A stretch of 64,000 bases of DNA from Pseudomonadota bacterium (GTDB lineage Archaea; Thermoplasmatota; SW-10-69-26; JACQPN01; JAJPHT01): contig JAJPHT010000015.1 in assembly GCA_021325135.1 (NCBI GenBank), positions 96,001 to 160,000 of the forward strand. The letters run 5' to 3'. The notes below the pieces were generated by a model. That model ran no database searches and was not told where the DNA came from. It saw only the letters and a list, made by a program, of their open reading frames with translations. The position numbers were made by a program, and so were the translations under genes. Positions within the stretch are counted from its first letter, which is position 1. The number at the start of each line of letters is the position of its first letter. Shown one piece after another: positions 9,286-19,013 of this stretch.

Positions 9286-11166
9286 ATGACGACCGACTCC
9301 GCATCCCCACGACGTGCGCGCGCGAAGCGCGCCGCGCTGCGCGCCACCCTGATCTCGCTCCTGCTCCTGGCGCCCCTGGGCGCCGCCGGGCTGGCCGTGG
9401 GCTCCGCGCCCCGCGACGTGACCGTCCCCGAGGGCGCGACGCAGGAGATCGACGCCCCGGCCCAGCTTGCGCGTCTCGACGTCCTGGGGACGCTCGTCGT
9501 GAATCTGGCCCCCGGCGAGAAGATCGACGCGCAGATCATCCATGTCGGGCCCCATGGCCTCATCAAGGCCCCCGATGGGCGGCCCGGCGCGGCGGCCCAC
9601 GGCGCAGACGCCACGGGCGCGGCCGGCGCGGCGGGCGGAAGCATCGTCCTCGTCGCGCAGACGCTGCGCGTGGACAAGGGCGGCCGCATCGTCGCGGGCG
9701 AAGGCGGCCGCGGCGGCGACGCGGATGGCCTTGGCGTCGTGCAGGGAGGCGCGGGCGGGGCGGGAGGCTCGGTCGCGCTGACCGCTCCCGCGAGCGCGAT
9801 CCTGGGCGATATCCTCCCAGGCTCGGGAGGCGCGGGCGGCAACGCCACGCAGATCGTCGAGCCTCCTGCGACGGCCGGGCCCGGCGCGAAGGCCGTCGGA
9901 GGGCGCGGCGGCGACACCGGGAGCGCGACGCTCAACGGCGCGCCCACCCTCCACGCGCCCCGCGCGCCCAGGACCGCGCCGCCCACGTTCCCCGTCAACA
10001 TCCCGCCGCCCTACCTCGCGAACTGCCCCGCGATCCAGCCCGCGACGGCCCCCGGCGTTCCCCTGACGGGCGGGCCGGGGGGCAACGCGTGCATGATCGT
10101 GCTGGGCGCTCCGGGCGCCCCCGGAGCCGGCTGCGGGAACCCGGGCACGGCGGGGGGCTCCGTGGTCGCGACCGCCATCGGCGGCCGGGGAGGCGCCGCG
10201 TTTGCCCTGGCGAGCACCGGAGGCGCCGGAGGCGGCGCGTGGGCCGGGGCCCGCGGAGGCGACGGCGGCGCAGGAGGCAACTGCGACGCGGACTTCAGCA
10301 ACGCGGGCGCCGGAAGCCCCGGAGGAGGCGCGACCGCGCAGGCCACCGGCGGCGACGGCGGCGGCGGAAGCGTCATCGGCGGCGACGGTGGGCCCGCCGG
10401 CTGCGGCAAGACCGAGGCCAAGGGGGGTGCCGGCGGAGCCGGCGGCGTGGCCTCGGGCATCGGGGGCGCCGGGGGCAGCGCGGGAACCGGCGGCGCGGCC
10501 AAGTCCTCGGCAAGCGGCGGCGCCGGCGGCGCCGCCAGCGGCCTGCCCAACGACTCGGGCGGAATCGGCGGCTGCGCGTCCGCCTGGGGCGCGGGCGGCA
10601 GCGGCGGCCGGGGCGGCACCGGGGGCCCCAGCGGCGGCACGGGCGGCGACGGGGGCGATGGCGCCTCCGTCTCCGTGGCGGACGCCACGGGCGGCCCGGG
10701 CGGATCCGGAAGCCTGCCGGGCATCGGAGGCCCGGCGTTCGTCATGATCGACCCCGAAGGGGGCGACGGCGGCGCGCCCACCGGCAGGGGCGGCGCAGGA
10801 GGCGACTGGATCGTCCTCTCCTTGGGCGGCAGCGGCGGGACGGGCTGCAACGGCTCGCCCGGCGGCGCCGGAGGAGACGCCAACGTCGTCGTGCCCCCCG
10901 GAACCGGCCACGGCGGCGCGGGGGGCGACGGGAACCCGAACAACAACAAGGGCGACGGCCACGAGCTGCTGCGCCGCCAGGAGAACGGGCCCTTCGGGAC
11001 CAGCGTGCCCGGCCCTTGCCCGGGAGGCGTTCCCACCCTCACGGGCGCAGGCCCCCCAAGCATGGGCCCGGCCCCGGCGCTCTCGCCCCTGGGCATGCTG
11101 GTCCTAGGCGGAACGCTCGTGAGCGTGGGCGCGATCGTCCAGCGGCGCGGTCGCGCGGGCCCCTGA
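9286..11166 (+). CDS. Secreted glycine-rich repeat protein B with IPTL-CTERM-like sorting signal
   Basis: GGAGG RBS; N-terminal domain paralogous to protein A; tail VPTL...PAPALSPLGMLVLGGTLVSVGAIVQRRGR (motif, TM, basic). Confidence 0.85.
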   Translation: MTTDSASPRRARAKRAALRATLISLLLLAPLGAAGLAVGSAPRDVTVPEGATQEIDAPAQLARLDVLGTLVVNLAPGEKIDAQIIHVGPHGLIKAPDGRPGAAAHGADATGAAGAAGGSIVLVAQTLRVDKGGRIVAGEGGRGGDADGLGVVQGGAGGAGGSVALTAPASAILGDILPGSGGAGGNATQIVEPPATAGPGAKAVGGRGGDTGSATLNGAPTLHAPRAPRTAPPTFPVNIPPPYLANCPAIQPATAPGVPLTGGPGGNACMIVLGAPGAPGAGCGNPGTAGGSVVATAIGGRGGAAFALASTGGAGGGAWAGARGGDGGAGGNCDADFSNAGAGSPGGGATAQATGGDGGGGSVIGGDGGPAGCGKTEAKGGAGGAGGVASGIGGAGGSAGTGGAAKSSASGGAGGAASGLPNDSGGIGGCASAWGAGGSGGRGGTGGPSGGTGGDGGDGASVSVADATGGPGGSGSLPGIGGPAFVMIDPEGGDGGAPTGRGGAGGDWIVLSLGGSGGTGCNGSPGGAGGDANVVVPPGTGHGGAGGDGNPNNNKGDGHELLRRQENGPFGTSVPGPCPGGVPTLTGAGPPSMGPAPALSPLGMLVLGGTLVSVGAIVQRRGRAGP

Positions 11167-11179
11167 GGAGCGTCTGGAC

Positions 11180-12232
11180 ATGAGGCCGCGAAGGAGGGAT
11201 GAGGTCCGCTGGCTCGACTACCTGGGCATGCCCAGCCTGTTCGCCGTCCAGAAAAGGTGGCGGGCCTTCACGGAGCGCGAGGGCGTCCGCCTCGCGGTCC
11301 GCTTCCTCCTCGCCTTCGCGGCCCTCCAGTTCCTCTCCTCTTTCCTCCTCCTCGATCGCCAGGCAATGCAGGACGCCGTCGCGGCGGCGGTGGCGTGGTC
11401 CTCCCGCGCGCTGGGCCTCTCGGCCTCGCGAAGCGGCTCGCTCGTGACGTTCGATGGCTCCGCCTCCTACGAGGTGACGTTCGGCTGCACGGGGATCTCC
11501 GTGGCCACGATGCTTCTCGCCGCCGTGGTCGCGTACCCCGCCAGCGCGCAGGCGAGGGCGCTGGGCGCGCTCCTGAGCGCTCCGTTCGTCTTCGCGGTGA
11601 ACCTCCTGCGGCTGGACACCATGGGCTGGCTGGCAGCGCGTGCCCCCGGATGGTTCGCGCTCACGCACGAGGTCGGATGGGAGGCGGGCGTCATCCTGGC
11701 GGGAGCCTTCGGCTTCCTCGCGTGGGTCCGCCTCGTCGCGCAGCGGGACGCCCCCTTCCACGGCCGGTGGGAGCAGGCCCTCGTGTCCTTCGCGCTCTTC
11801 GCGGCGTTCTTCGCCGGCCTCACGCTCGTGGCGCTGGGCGCAGGCGCGGACGCGGCGCTGGGCCGGCTCCTCGTGCCCGCGCTCCAGCCGCTGGGCAGGA
11901 CGCTCTGGGGCGCGGCGTTCCCGCCACCCGGGCTCTCCGAAGGGCTTGACCCGCAGGTCTTCCTCGTCATCTTCACGGGGTTCGCGGCCGTGGCGCTGGC
12001 CTCGCGCAGGCTCCCCGCGCGAAGGAGGCTCCTGGTCGCCCTGGGCGCGGCCGTCCCCGCGCTCCTGGGCGCCCTTCTTCATGCGCTGGTGCGCAGCGCG
12101 TCCCTCCTGGGCCTCATGGCGTCGGACCCGCTCGTCTATACCCTGGACGCCTTGGCCTTCCTCGGTCTCCCCCTGGCCGCCTGGGCCCTTTGGGCGATCC
12201 CGTCAAGACGACGGGTTCCGCCGGTGCCCTGA
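11180..12232 (+). CDS. Exosortase/archaeosortase family transpeptidase (exosortase H-like) with extra C-terminal TM region
   Basis: Polytopic; Cys-Arg-His triad context VTFGCTG, VNLLR, THEVGW; LAAVVAYP segment. Confidence 0.8.
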   Translation: MRPRRRDEVRWLDYLGMPSLFAVQKRWRAFTEREGVRLAVRFLLAFAALQFLSSFLLLDRQAMQDAVAAAVAWSSRALGLSASRSGSLVTFDGSASYEVTFGCTGISVATMLLAAVVAYPASAQARALGALLSAPFVFAVNLLRLDTMGWLAARAPGWFALTHEVGWEAGVILAGAFGFLAWVRLVAQRDAPFHGRWEQALVSFALFAAFFAGLTLVALGAGADAALGRLLVPALQPLGRTLWGAAFPPPGLSEGLDPQVFLVIFTGFAAVALASRRLPARRRLLVALGAAVPALLGALLHALVRSASLLGLMASDPLVYTLDALAFLGLPLAAWALWAIPSRRRVPPVP

Positions 12233-12296
12233 GGCCTCGGAGGGCAGTCTGAATCGTTATATACCGAAGCCCGCTTAGCCGAAGACAGGTCCCCGG

Positions 12297-12704
12297 ATGG
12301 TCAACTATCGCAAGGCCGATGAGGAGTTCAACGCGGAAGCCGCCGCCGGCGGCAACCTCCGCGTGAAGATGCCCGACAAGAAGGAGGGCGAGCTCTTCGG
12401 CATCGCGGACCAGCTGGTGGGCGGCAGCCGCCTCAACGTCATGTGCGAGGACGGCATCTCGCGCCTCGCCAGGATCCCGGGCAAGATGAAGCGCCGCATG
12501 TGGATCCGCGAGGGCGACCTGGTCATCGTCAAGCCCTGGGAGTTCCAGAACGACAAGGCCGACGTCGTCTGGCGCTACACGAAGACCCAGGCGGAGTACC
12601 TCTCCCGCCGCGAGATGATCCCCAAGCAGATCGACGTCTTCCAGACCTCGTCGGGCGGACCCGCCGCCCCCGAGCCCGAGGAGTCCCCCGAGCAGTCGGA
12701 GTGA
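12297..12704 (+). CDS. eif1a: Translation initiation factor aIF-1A
   Basis: RLARIPGKMKRRMWIREGDLVIVKPWEFQ..KADVVWRY. Confidence 0.97.
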   Translation: MVNYRKADEEFNAEAAAGGNLRVKMPDKKEGELFGIADQLVGGSRLNVMCEDGISRLARIPGKMKRRMWIREGDLVIVKPWEFQNDKADVVWRYTKTQAEYLSRREMIPKQIDVFQTSSGGPAAPEPEESPEQSE

Positions 12705-12710
12705 GCCCCC

Positions 12711-13622
12711 TTGCACCGGCACGAGGCCCACGAGCACCTCGCGCCCGACGAAGCGCCCCCGGACCTCTCGGACCTTCCAGAGGATTGGCAGGAGGTCGTG
12801 CTGCGGCGCCTGGAGATGACCAAGACCGAGAGCATCCGCCGCGAGGACGAGGACCGCAAGACGCTCGACGAGGTCTTCGACCGGCAGACCCTCCTCGTGC
12901 TCTACAAGTTCATCTCCAACGGCTTCCTGGAGACGCTGGACTACCCCGTCTCCACCGGCAAGGAGGCCAACGTCTTCCACGCCACCGACCCGCAGGGCAA
13001 GCCCCTGGCGGTGAAGATCTTCCGCACGAACACCGCGACGTTCCGCAGCTTCATGACGTACATCGCGGGCGACCCGCGCTTCGGCCACGTGCGGCCCAAC
13101 CGGCGCGACATCGTGTACGTCTGGGCGCAGAAGGAGTACAAGAACCTCCAGCGCTACTTCGAGGCGGGCGTCCGCGTGCCCAACCCCATCGCGTGGCGCC
13201 AGAACGTGCTCCTCATGGAGTTCATCGGCTCGGAGGGCACGCCCGCGCCGCGCCTGCGGGACGCGCCCTACGACGACGCGCAGAAGCTCTACGAGCAGCT
13301 CGTCGCGCAGTACCGCCTGGGCAGCGAGCAGGGCGGGCTCGTGCACGGCGACTTCAGCGAGTTCAACATCCTCCACCCTTCGGGGGCCGGGCCCGTCGTC
13401 ATCGACGTGGCGCAGGCGGTCCTCGTCCACCACCCCATGGCGCGCGAATTGCTGGCCCGCGACGCGAAGAACCTCGCGGCGTACTTCCGCCGGCAGGGAT
13501 TGAAGGGCGTCACCGCCGAGGAGACGCTCAAGGCCATCTCGCCCCCCGAGCGGCCGCAGCGGCCCATCGACCGCGAGCCCGTGGACGAAGACGAGGACGA
13601 AGACGATTTCGAGGACGAGTGA
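12711..13622 (+). CDS. rio1: RIO1 family Ser/Thr kinase
   Basis: STGKEANVF, AVKIFR, LVHGDFSEFNIL, IDVAQAV; conserved synteny with aIF-1A and Dim2. Confidence 0.95.
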   Translation: MHRHEAHEHLAPDEAPPDLSDLPEDWQEVVLRRLEMTKTESIRREDEDRKTLDEVFDRQTLLVLYKFISNGFLETLDYPVSTGKEANVFHATDPQGKPLAVKIFRTNTATFRSFMTYIAGDPRFGHVRPNRRDIVYVWAQKEYKNLQRYFEAGVRVPNPIAWRQNVLLMEFIGSEGTPAPRLRDAPYDDAQKLYEQLVAQYRLGSEQGGLVHGDFSEFNILHPSGAGPVVIDVAQAVLVHHPMARELLARDAKNLAAYFRRQGLKGVTAEETLKAISPPERPQRPIDREPVDEDEDEDDFEDE

Positions 13623-13623
13623 G

Positions 13624-14169
13624 ATGGTCGTTCACCTGGTGAAGATCCCGCAGAACCGCGTCGGCGCGCTCATCGGGCCGGAAGGCAAGATCAAGGAGGA
13701 ATTGGAGGGCCGCAGCGGCTGCCGTCTGCGCATCGACTCCGAGACGGGCGAGGTGGAGATCGATGACGAGAAGGCGTTCGAGCCCATCCTCGTGCTCAAG
13801 ACGCGCGACGCCGTGCGCGCCATCGGCCGCGGCTTCAGCCCCGAGCACGCCTTCCGCCTCTACCAGGACGACACGTACCTGGACGTGCTCGACCTCACCG
13901 AGTTCGTGGGCAAGCAGACGAAGGACCTGGAGCGCGTCCGCGCCCGCATCATCGGCACGCACGGCAAGACGCGCCGCAGCATCGAGGAGGCGTGCGGCGT
14001 CGAGGTGTCGATCCTCGGCAAGACGGTCGCCATCATCGGCGAGGTCAACGAGGTCGCCATGGCGCGCGAGGCCGTCGAGATGCTGCTCAACGGCGCGGCG
14101 CACGGCACCGTCTACAAGTTCCTGGAGCGCAAGCGCAAGGAGCTGAGGCTCCAGGACATGGGGCTCTAA
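13624..14169 (+). CDS. dim2: KH-domain rRNA processing protein (Dim2/Pno1)
   Basis: RVGALIG, AIGRGFSPE, RIIGTHGKTR, GAAHGTVY. Confidence 0.93.
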   Translation: MVVHLVKIPQNRVGALIGPEGKIKEELEGRSGCRLRIDSETGEVEIDDEKAFEPILVLKTRDAVRAIGRGFSPEHAFRLYQDDTYLDVLDLTEFVGKQTKDLERVRARIIGTHGKTRRSIEEACGVEVSILGKTVAIIGEVNEVAMAREAVEMLLNGAAHGTVYKFLERKRKELRLQDMGL

Positions 14170-14329
14170 CACCCTCCGACGGCCATCCGGGCAGATGCGG
14201 GTCCGGAGGACCCGCGACAAAGCGCCGGCCGATTTTGCGGCCGAGCGGGAGGAGCTGAGGCTTCAGGACATGGGCCTATAAACCCTGGAATCCGCGAAGG
14301 CTTATCCCTCGCGATATCACTCTCGCGCC

Positions 14330-14803
14330 ATGGCCTCCCGCGCGCTCCTCGTGGCCGCCATCGCCGGCGTCCTCCTCGTGGTGAGCATCGGCGTCGACGC
14401 CGCCATGAACCGCAGCTGGACGCTGGACGTGCAGACGCCCGAGGGCTGGCGCACGCTCGGGACGCAGGGCGTCTCCGGCGGCCCGCGCGGGGCGGAGCCC
14501 TTGACGCCGCTCGCCGTGGAGCGCAACGGCACGATCCACCTGCGCGTCACCGTGGACAACGGCTACGTCTGGACCTACGACGAGACGTACAAGGCGTTCG
14601 TCAACGGCGCCGAGGTCGCGCGAGGCACGCTGCACGCGCCCGCGAGGAGCAGCGGCACCGCGGAGTTCGACGTGCCCGCGAGGCTGGCGTTCACCGACGC
14701 GTCGGCTCCCAAGGGGCCCGCGCCCGGCGGGCTGAGCCTCGAGGTCCACGCCGGGAGCGCGGCGCTCTACGGGTTCCTCAGCGTGCAGGAGGCCTCCGGA
14801 TGA
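14330..14803 (+). CDS. Hypothetical exported or membrane-anchored protein
   Basis: N-terminal hydrophobic segment, beta-rich body; ATGA overlap with next gene. Confidence 0.7.
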   Translation: MASRALLVAAIAGVLLVVSIGVDAAMNRSWTLDVQTPEGWRTLGTQGVSGGPRGAEPLTPLAVERNGTIHLRVTVDNGYVWTYDETYKAFVNGAEVARGTLHAPARSSGTAEFDVPARLAFTDASAPKGPAPGGLSLEVHAGSAALYGFLSVQEASG

Positions 14804-15195
14804 GCGCGGTCAACCTCAGGAACGTCCTTGTCCTCCTGGGCATCGTGCTCACGACGGCGGGCATCATCTTCTTCGCCACCGAGTTCTCCGACCTCATCAG
14901 CGACTGGGGGCGCGTCCTCGACCTTGCCCTCTTCGCCGTCGTCTTCGTCTCGCTGGGCGTCCACTTCGACCAGCGCGGCGACGACGAGGTCATCGGCCAC
15001 CGCGGCTGGCGCTGGCTGCGCGTCACCAACGCGCTCTACATCCTGGGCGCCATCGCGACCCTGGGCGCCGTGATCGCGTTCTTCGCCACGGACCTCGACC
15101 GCCTCTGGAAGGTGCTCATCACCATCCTTGTGGGCATCGGGCTCATCCTGGGCGCCTCGCTGGTCGTGGGGCGGCGCTCGCCCTCCGCGCCGTAG
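14800..15195 (+). CDS. Hypothetical 4-TM membrane protein
   Basis: Four hydrophobic segments, coding-like codon use. Confidence 0.75.
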   Translation: MSAVNLRNVLVLLGIVLTTAGIIFFATEFSDLISDWGRVLDLALFAVVFVSLGVHFDQRGDDEVIGHRGWRWLRVTNALYILGAIATLGAVIAFFATDLDRLWKVLITILVGIGLILGASLVVGRRSPSAP

Positions 15196-15591
15196 CTATC
15201 GTTTTGGGATGATGGCCCAGACGCCCGAGCCGCGGGCGAGGACGTGGCCGTCGCCGTCCACGATCTCGCCTTCGGGGAACGCCACGGTGCGGCCGCGGCG
15301 CAGGAGCCTCCCCGTCGCCACGAGGCGACCGGGGGAGGCGGCCTTGAGGAACGTCGTCTGGATGTTGACGGAGGCCGTGCGCTCCTCGGGGGAGAGCGTC
15401 CTCGTGACGGCGGTCGCCATGGCCATGTCCAGGAGCGTCATCATCACGCCGCCGTGGACGATGCCGTTGGCGTTGAGGTGCGCGTCGCCCACGAGCATCT
15501 CGACGACGGCTCGCTCGGGCGTGGGCTCGCCCACCAGGCGGGCGTCGAGGCTGGCGGCGAAGGCGCCGCTGCCGGGCGGTCGGAGGGTCAT
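15196..15591 (-). CDS. PaaI family hotdog thioesterase
   Basis: HLNANGIVHGGVMMTLLDMAM. Confidence 0.9.
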   Translation of the reverse strand: MTLRPPGSGAFAASLDARLVGEPTPERAVVEMLVGDAHLNANGIVHGGVMMTLLDMAMATAVTRTLSPEERTASVNIQTTFLKAASPGRLVATGRLLRRGRTVAFPEGEIVDGDGHVLARGSGVWAIIPKR

Positions 15592-15688
15592 GCGCGGGGC
15601 ACGACGCGGCGGGGCATCAAACGAGCGCCGCCAAGTGACGACCCTTGATCGAGAACGGTTATGGTTCCAGTGGAGCCGATGCGCCCTC

Positions 15689-15778
15689 ATGCGGACCCCC
15701 CGTTCCACGCAGCCTGCGCGCGCCTACCATCGGAGCCTCTGGCTCGCCAAGAAGTTCGGCAAGCGGGCCTGGAGTTGA
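15689..15778 (+). CDS. Putative 29-aa basic microprotein MRTPRSTQPARAYHRSLWLAKKFGKRAWS
   Basis: ATG about 28 nt after promoter-like GAACGGTTATG; mostly GC-ending codons. Confidence 0.4.
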   Translation: MRTPRSTQPARAYHRSLWLAKKFGKRAWS

Positions 15779-15786
15779 ATGTCGCC

Positions 15787-15892
15787 GGCCGCGCCGCAGC
15801 GCGGCCAAACGCGGGGGTTTCAGGGGGCCAAGCCCCCTGACGTGAAGCCCGTTCCAGCAGACGATCAAGACGTCAGGGGGCTTGGCCCCCCG
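15787..15892. repeat. Palindromic repeat family 1, copy 1 (REP/REPIN-like)
   Basis: GGGGGCCAAGCCCCCTGACG ... CGTCAGGGGGCTTGGCCCCC; close inverted match to 50441-50557. Confidence 0.85.
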
Positions 15893-16259
15893 GTCCCGCC
15901 TTTTCCTCTTGGTCCAGGTGGAGGCCCTGGACGAAGAGCCGGTACGCCGTCGGGTCCTCGAAGACGAGGGGCTGGCCGCGGAACCGGCAGCGCGAGCAGA
16001 CCCAGACCAGGCCTTCGCCGAAGCCCGGCACGAGCCCCTCGGAGAGGCGCGGGTTGCGCATGGTGGGGCTCCCGCAGCGCATGCACGCCCAGACGGGGCC
16101 TTCGTGGAGCTCCACGTCCTCCGGCGGCACCTCCACGGGCCGGATGGGCTCGGGCGCGCCGCGAGGGCGGCGCAGGACGCGCGTGAAGCCGACGCTCGCC
16201 AGGACCGCGACGGCGGCCACGAGCAGGATGAGGCTCCAGGCGTCCAGGGGCAAGGCCAC
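15873..16259 (-). CDS. TM-anchored Zn-finger protein
   Basis: GGAGGTG RBS before GTG; N-terminal TM; CMRC and CSRC pairs; stop codon lies inside the repeat. Confidence 0.75.
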   Translation of the reverse strand: MALPLDAWSLILLVAAVAVLASVGFTRVLRRPRGAPEPIRPVEVPPEDVELHEGPVWACMRCGSPTMRNPRLSEGLVPGFGEGLVWVCSRCRFRGQPLVFEDPTAYRLFVQGLHLDQEEKAGPGGQAP

Positions 16260-16354
16260 GCACCTCCACCCATCGGCCCCGTGAAAGCGCTTGTGGCCGC
16301 ATCGGCCGTCCGGAGGCGAAGGCGTAAGCACCGCGGGAGCCGAGCATCTTCCGC

Positions 16355-16861
16355 ATGCCCGTGGCGATGCGCTTCCTGGAGATCGATCCGCGCCCGCGCT
16401 TCGGCCGCGCCCGCATCGCCGCAGGCGCGTTCGCGGGCGCCGTGGGCGGGCTCGCGTTCGGCATCCTCCTCACGCTCCAGATCATGCGCGGCCCCTACGC
16501 GCCCGACGGTATGGCGGGCATGATCGCCCGCGTGCTGCGCACGGACAACGAGCTTGCGGTCTGGGGCGCGCACCTCGCGGCCGCCGCCCTCTTCGGGGCC
16601 GTCTTCGCTGCGTTCGTCGCGCCCTCGCGGCCGCGGCGAACCATCCCGCTGGCCGTCGCCTACGGCGTGCTCCTCTGGTTCTTCGCCGCCTTCCTTGCGC
16701 TGCGCCTCCTGGCGGGCGTGCCGCTGGCGCTGAGCCGCTCCGCCCTCTTCGACCTGGCGGGGCATCTCGTCTACGGCCTCGTGCTGGGCGGCGTCTACGT
16801 GGCGTTCTTCCACCAGGAGGACCGGTACGTCCGCGACCACCGGACGCGCGCAAACGCCTAA
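16355..16861 (+). CDS. 4-TM membrane protein with two intramembrane His (DUF1440/DUF6789-like)
   Basis: WGAHL and AGHLVYGLVLG. Confidence 0.65.
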   Translation: MPVAMRFLEIDPRPRFGRARIAAGAFAGAVGGLAFGILLTLQIMRGPYAPDGMAGMIARVLRTDNELAVWGAHLAAAALFGAVFAAFVAPSRPRRTIPLAVAYGVLLWFFAAFLALRLLAGVPLALSRSALFDLAGHLVYGLVLGGVYVAFFHQEDRYVRDHRTRANA

Positions 16862-16885
16862 GCGCGCGCCGCCGGATGCCGGCGC

Positions 16886-17146
16886 GTGACGACGCCCGCG
16901 GCCGCGCCGCCCAAGAGGTTCCGGGGCGAGTGCCCCAAGTGCGACAAGATGAGCGAGCACGAGGAGTCCGTGCGCGAGCGCCGCGTCGCGGGCAGCGCGC
17001 AGGCGGCGAGCCGCGGGGACTTCAAGCAGACGATGGAGTACAGCTTCCGCTGCCTCTCGTGCGGCCAGCGCAACGAGAAGATCGTGGACGAGGCGGGCCT
17101 CCTGCACAAGTGGCAGGGGAACCGGCACGTCGCGCTGAAGGTCTAG
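16886..17146 (+). CDS. Small Zn-ribbon protein
   Basis: CPKC and CLSC. Confidence 0.75.
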   Translation: MTTPAAAPPKRFRGECPKCDKMSEHEESVRERRVAGSAQAASRGDFKQTMEYSFRCLSCGQRNEKIVDEAGLLHKWQGNRHVALKV

Positions 17147-17262
17147 GAACGGCCGTTCCGGCGTCCGTTCGATTGATATCTTTCATCCCTGGTCGCAGCC
17201 TCGCGCTTGCGTGGGCGAAAGCGCCTTGCTCGTCAGCCCCGCATGCGCGCCTGAGGCTGGAC

Positions 17263-17892
17263 ATGCACACCTCCACGCTGAAGACCCTCCTTGCCGTCGG
17301 ATTCGCCGCCGCCTTCGTGGGCGGCATCTTCGCTTCGCACATCGTGGGCGCGGACAGCAACGCGCAGCCCGCGGACAAGATGGCCGTCGCCGGCTCGGCC
17401 CTCGCCTACTCCAGCCCCGGCCAGGCCGTCACGCTCCTCGCGGGCGCCATGAAGACCTCCTCCCCCGAGGACGTCGTGGTCAGCGTCTCCCTGGAGTGCG
17501 CGATCATCACGCAGGTGACGACCGTGGGCAACGACAACTCGCAGGCCTTCGGCCAGGTCAAGGTCTGGGTCGAGCTCGACGGGACGCCCATCCCCGTCTC
17601 GTCGGACGACACCACCGACGCGGGCCAGGTCACCTTCTGCGACCGCGCCCACCAGCAGACCACGTCGGGCTTCAACGCCGACAAGAACGCGACCATCACG
17701 ACCTACCTGAGCACGCGCGACGCCAACGCGTTCCAGTGGATCAGCCTCAACCTCGGCGCGGGCGACCACACCTTCGTCGTGAAGGCGACGCTCACGCAGA
17801 CGGCCAGCAACAACGCGATCGCGCAGGCCCTCGTCGGCAAGCGCACCCTCGTCGTCGAGCCCACGAAGCTCGCCAACAACGCGGTGATCTGA
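17263..17892 (+). CDS. Secreted beta-rich hypothetical protein
   Basis: Signal peptide, two Cys, strongly GC-ending codons. Confidence 0.8.
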   Translation: MHTSTLKTLLAVGFAAAFVGGIFASHIVGADSNAQPADKMAVAGSALAYSSPGQAVTLLAGAMKTSSPEDVVVSVSLECAIITQVTTVGNDNSQAFGQVKVWVELDGTPIPVSSDDTTDAGQVTFCDRAHQQTTSGFNADKNATITTYLSTRDANAFQWISLNLGAGDHTFVVKATLTQTASNNAIAQALVGKRTLVVEPTKLANNAVI

Positions 17893-17897
17893 GCCGC

Positions 17898-18779
17898 TCA
17901 GCCGCGCCGCGCGCGCCGCACGAGGGCGACCAGCGCGACGGCGGCGAGCGCGGTCAGGGGCGAGGCCCCGGGGGCGGGGTGGAGAGCCTGCCCCCGCTCG
18001 GTCACGACCAGCGAGACCGACGAGGTGTCGCCCGGCGCCGGCGGGCTGCGCTCTTCCTGCGAGACGATGCGGAGGTCCACGTTCCCGACGCGGTTCGTGA
18101 GCGCGGAGCCGCCCAGCGCGGTGACGTTGAGGACGACGTCGCGCGACGTGGGCGATCCGCCCTGCTGCGCGCTCTCCAGGATGACGTCCGGGACGGGCTC
18201 CAGGCGGAGCCATTCGGGGCCGTCGACCCGCTGCACGGAGACGCGCGTCCGGTCGTTCCCCTTGTTCTCCAGCGCCAGGTGGAAGGCGTGCGTGGCGCCA
18301 GGCGCCACCGTCGCCACGGCTTCGTCCACGCCCACGTCCAGGACGCTGAAGAACTTGGCCGTGAGGTTCGTGCCCGCCGCGCCCTTCTGGTCGCCCGCCA
18401 TGCCCGCGACGGTGGCCTCCAGCGCGATCGCGCCGGGCTTCCACGCGGGGGCCGTGTCCAAGGCGGTCACGTTGAGCGCCCCCTTCACGGAGGCGGTCCC
18501 CCCGTTGCACGTCGTGGCGTCGATGACGAAGCTCGTGGGCGCCACGATGACCGTCGCCCACGCAGGCGCCTGCGTCACGCGCACGCTCACCCCCGTGGGC
18601 TGCGGGCCCACGCCCGCGAGCACGCACGAGACGTCGACGTGGAAGGGCGCCTCCACGGGCCTCAGCAGCGGCGCGGCGTCGGGCAGCGGGTCCACGCTCA
18701 TCTGCACCGCAGGCGCCAGCTGCGCGGCAGCGATGGGGGCCAGGAGGGCCATGAGAAGGAGGATCGGAAGTCCTCGCAC
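17898..18779 (-). CDS. Surface protein with Ig-like domains and PGF-CTERM-like anchor
   Basis: Signal peptide; LENKGND motif; tail APGASPLTALAAVALVALVRRARRG. Confidence 0.75.
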   Translation of the reverse strand: MRGLPILLLMALLAPIAAAQLAPAVQMSVDPLPDAAPLLRPVEAPFHVDVSCVLAGVGPQPTGVSVRVTQAPAWATVIVAPTSFVIDATTCNGGTASVKGALNVTALDTAPAWKPGAIALEATVAGMAGDQKGAAGTNLTAKFFSVLDVGVDEAVATVAPGATHAFHLALENKGNDRTRVSVQRVDGPEWLRLEPVPDVILESAQQGGSPTSRDVVLNVTALGGSALTNRVGNVDLRIVSQEERSPPAPGDTSSVSLVVTERGQALHPAPGASPLTALAAVALVALVRRARRG

Positions 18780-19013
18780 GCGCGGACACGCCGCCAGGGC
18801 ACCAAGAAGCCTCGGGTGGCGGCCATGGAGGCTGGCGGCCCAGTCCAAGGGTGAGGCAGGGTCCTTTTTCTGGCACAGCAAGGCGTGAAGTCCTCTTTTT
18901 CACAGGCGCCCTCCATGTTATCTGGTCTGGCTTCATCAGGGAGTAGTTGATGTCCTGTTACGTCATGCCGGGCGGGGCGATTGTTCGCCCCTTCGGTGAA
19001 TGGTGAAACCTTC

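Noticed and set aside
7354-11166. Calling the Gly-rich proteins collagen or true PE_PGRS
   Set aside because: Pattern is GGx with intervening strands rather than continuous Gly-X-Y, and there is no PE domain
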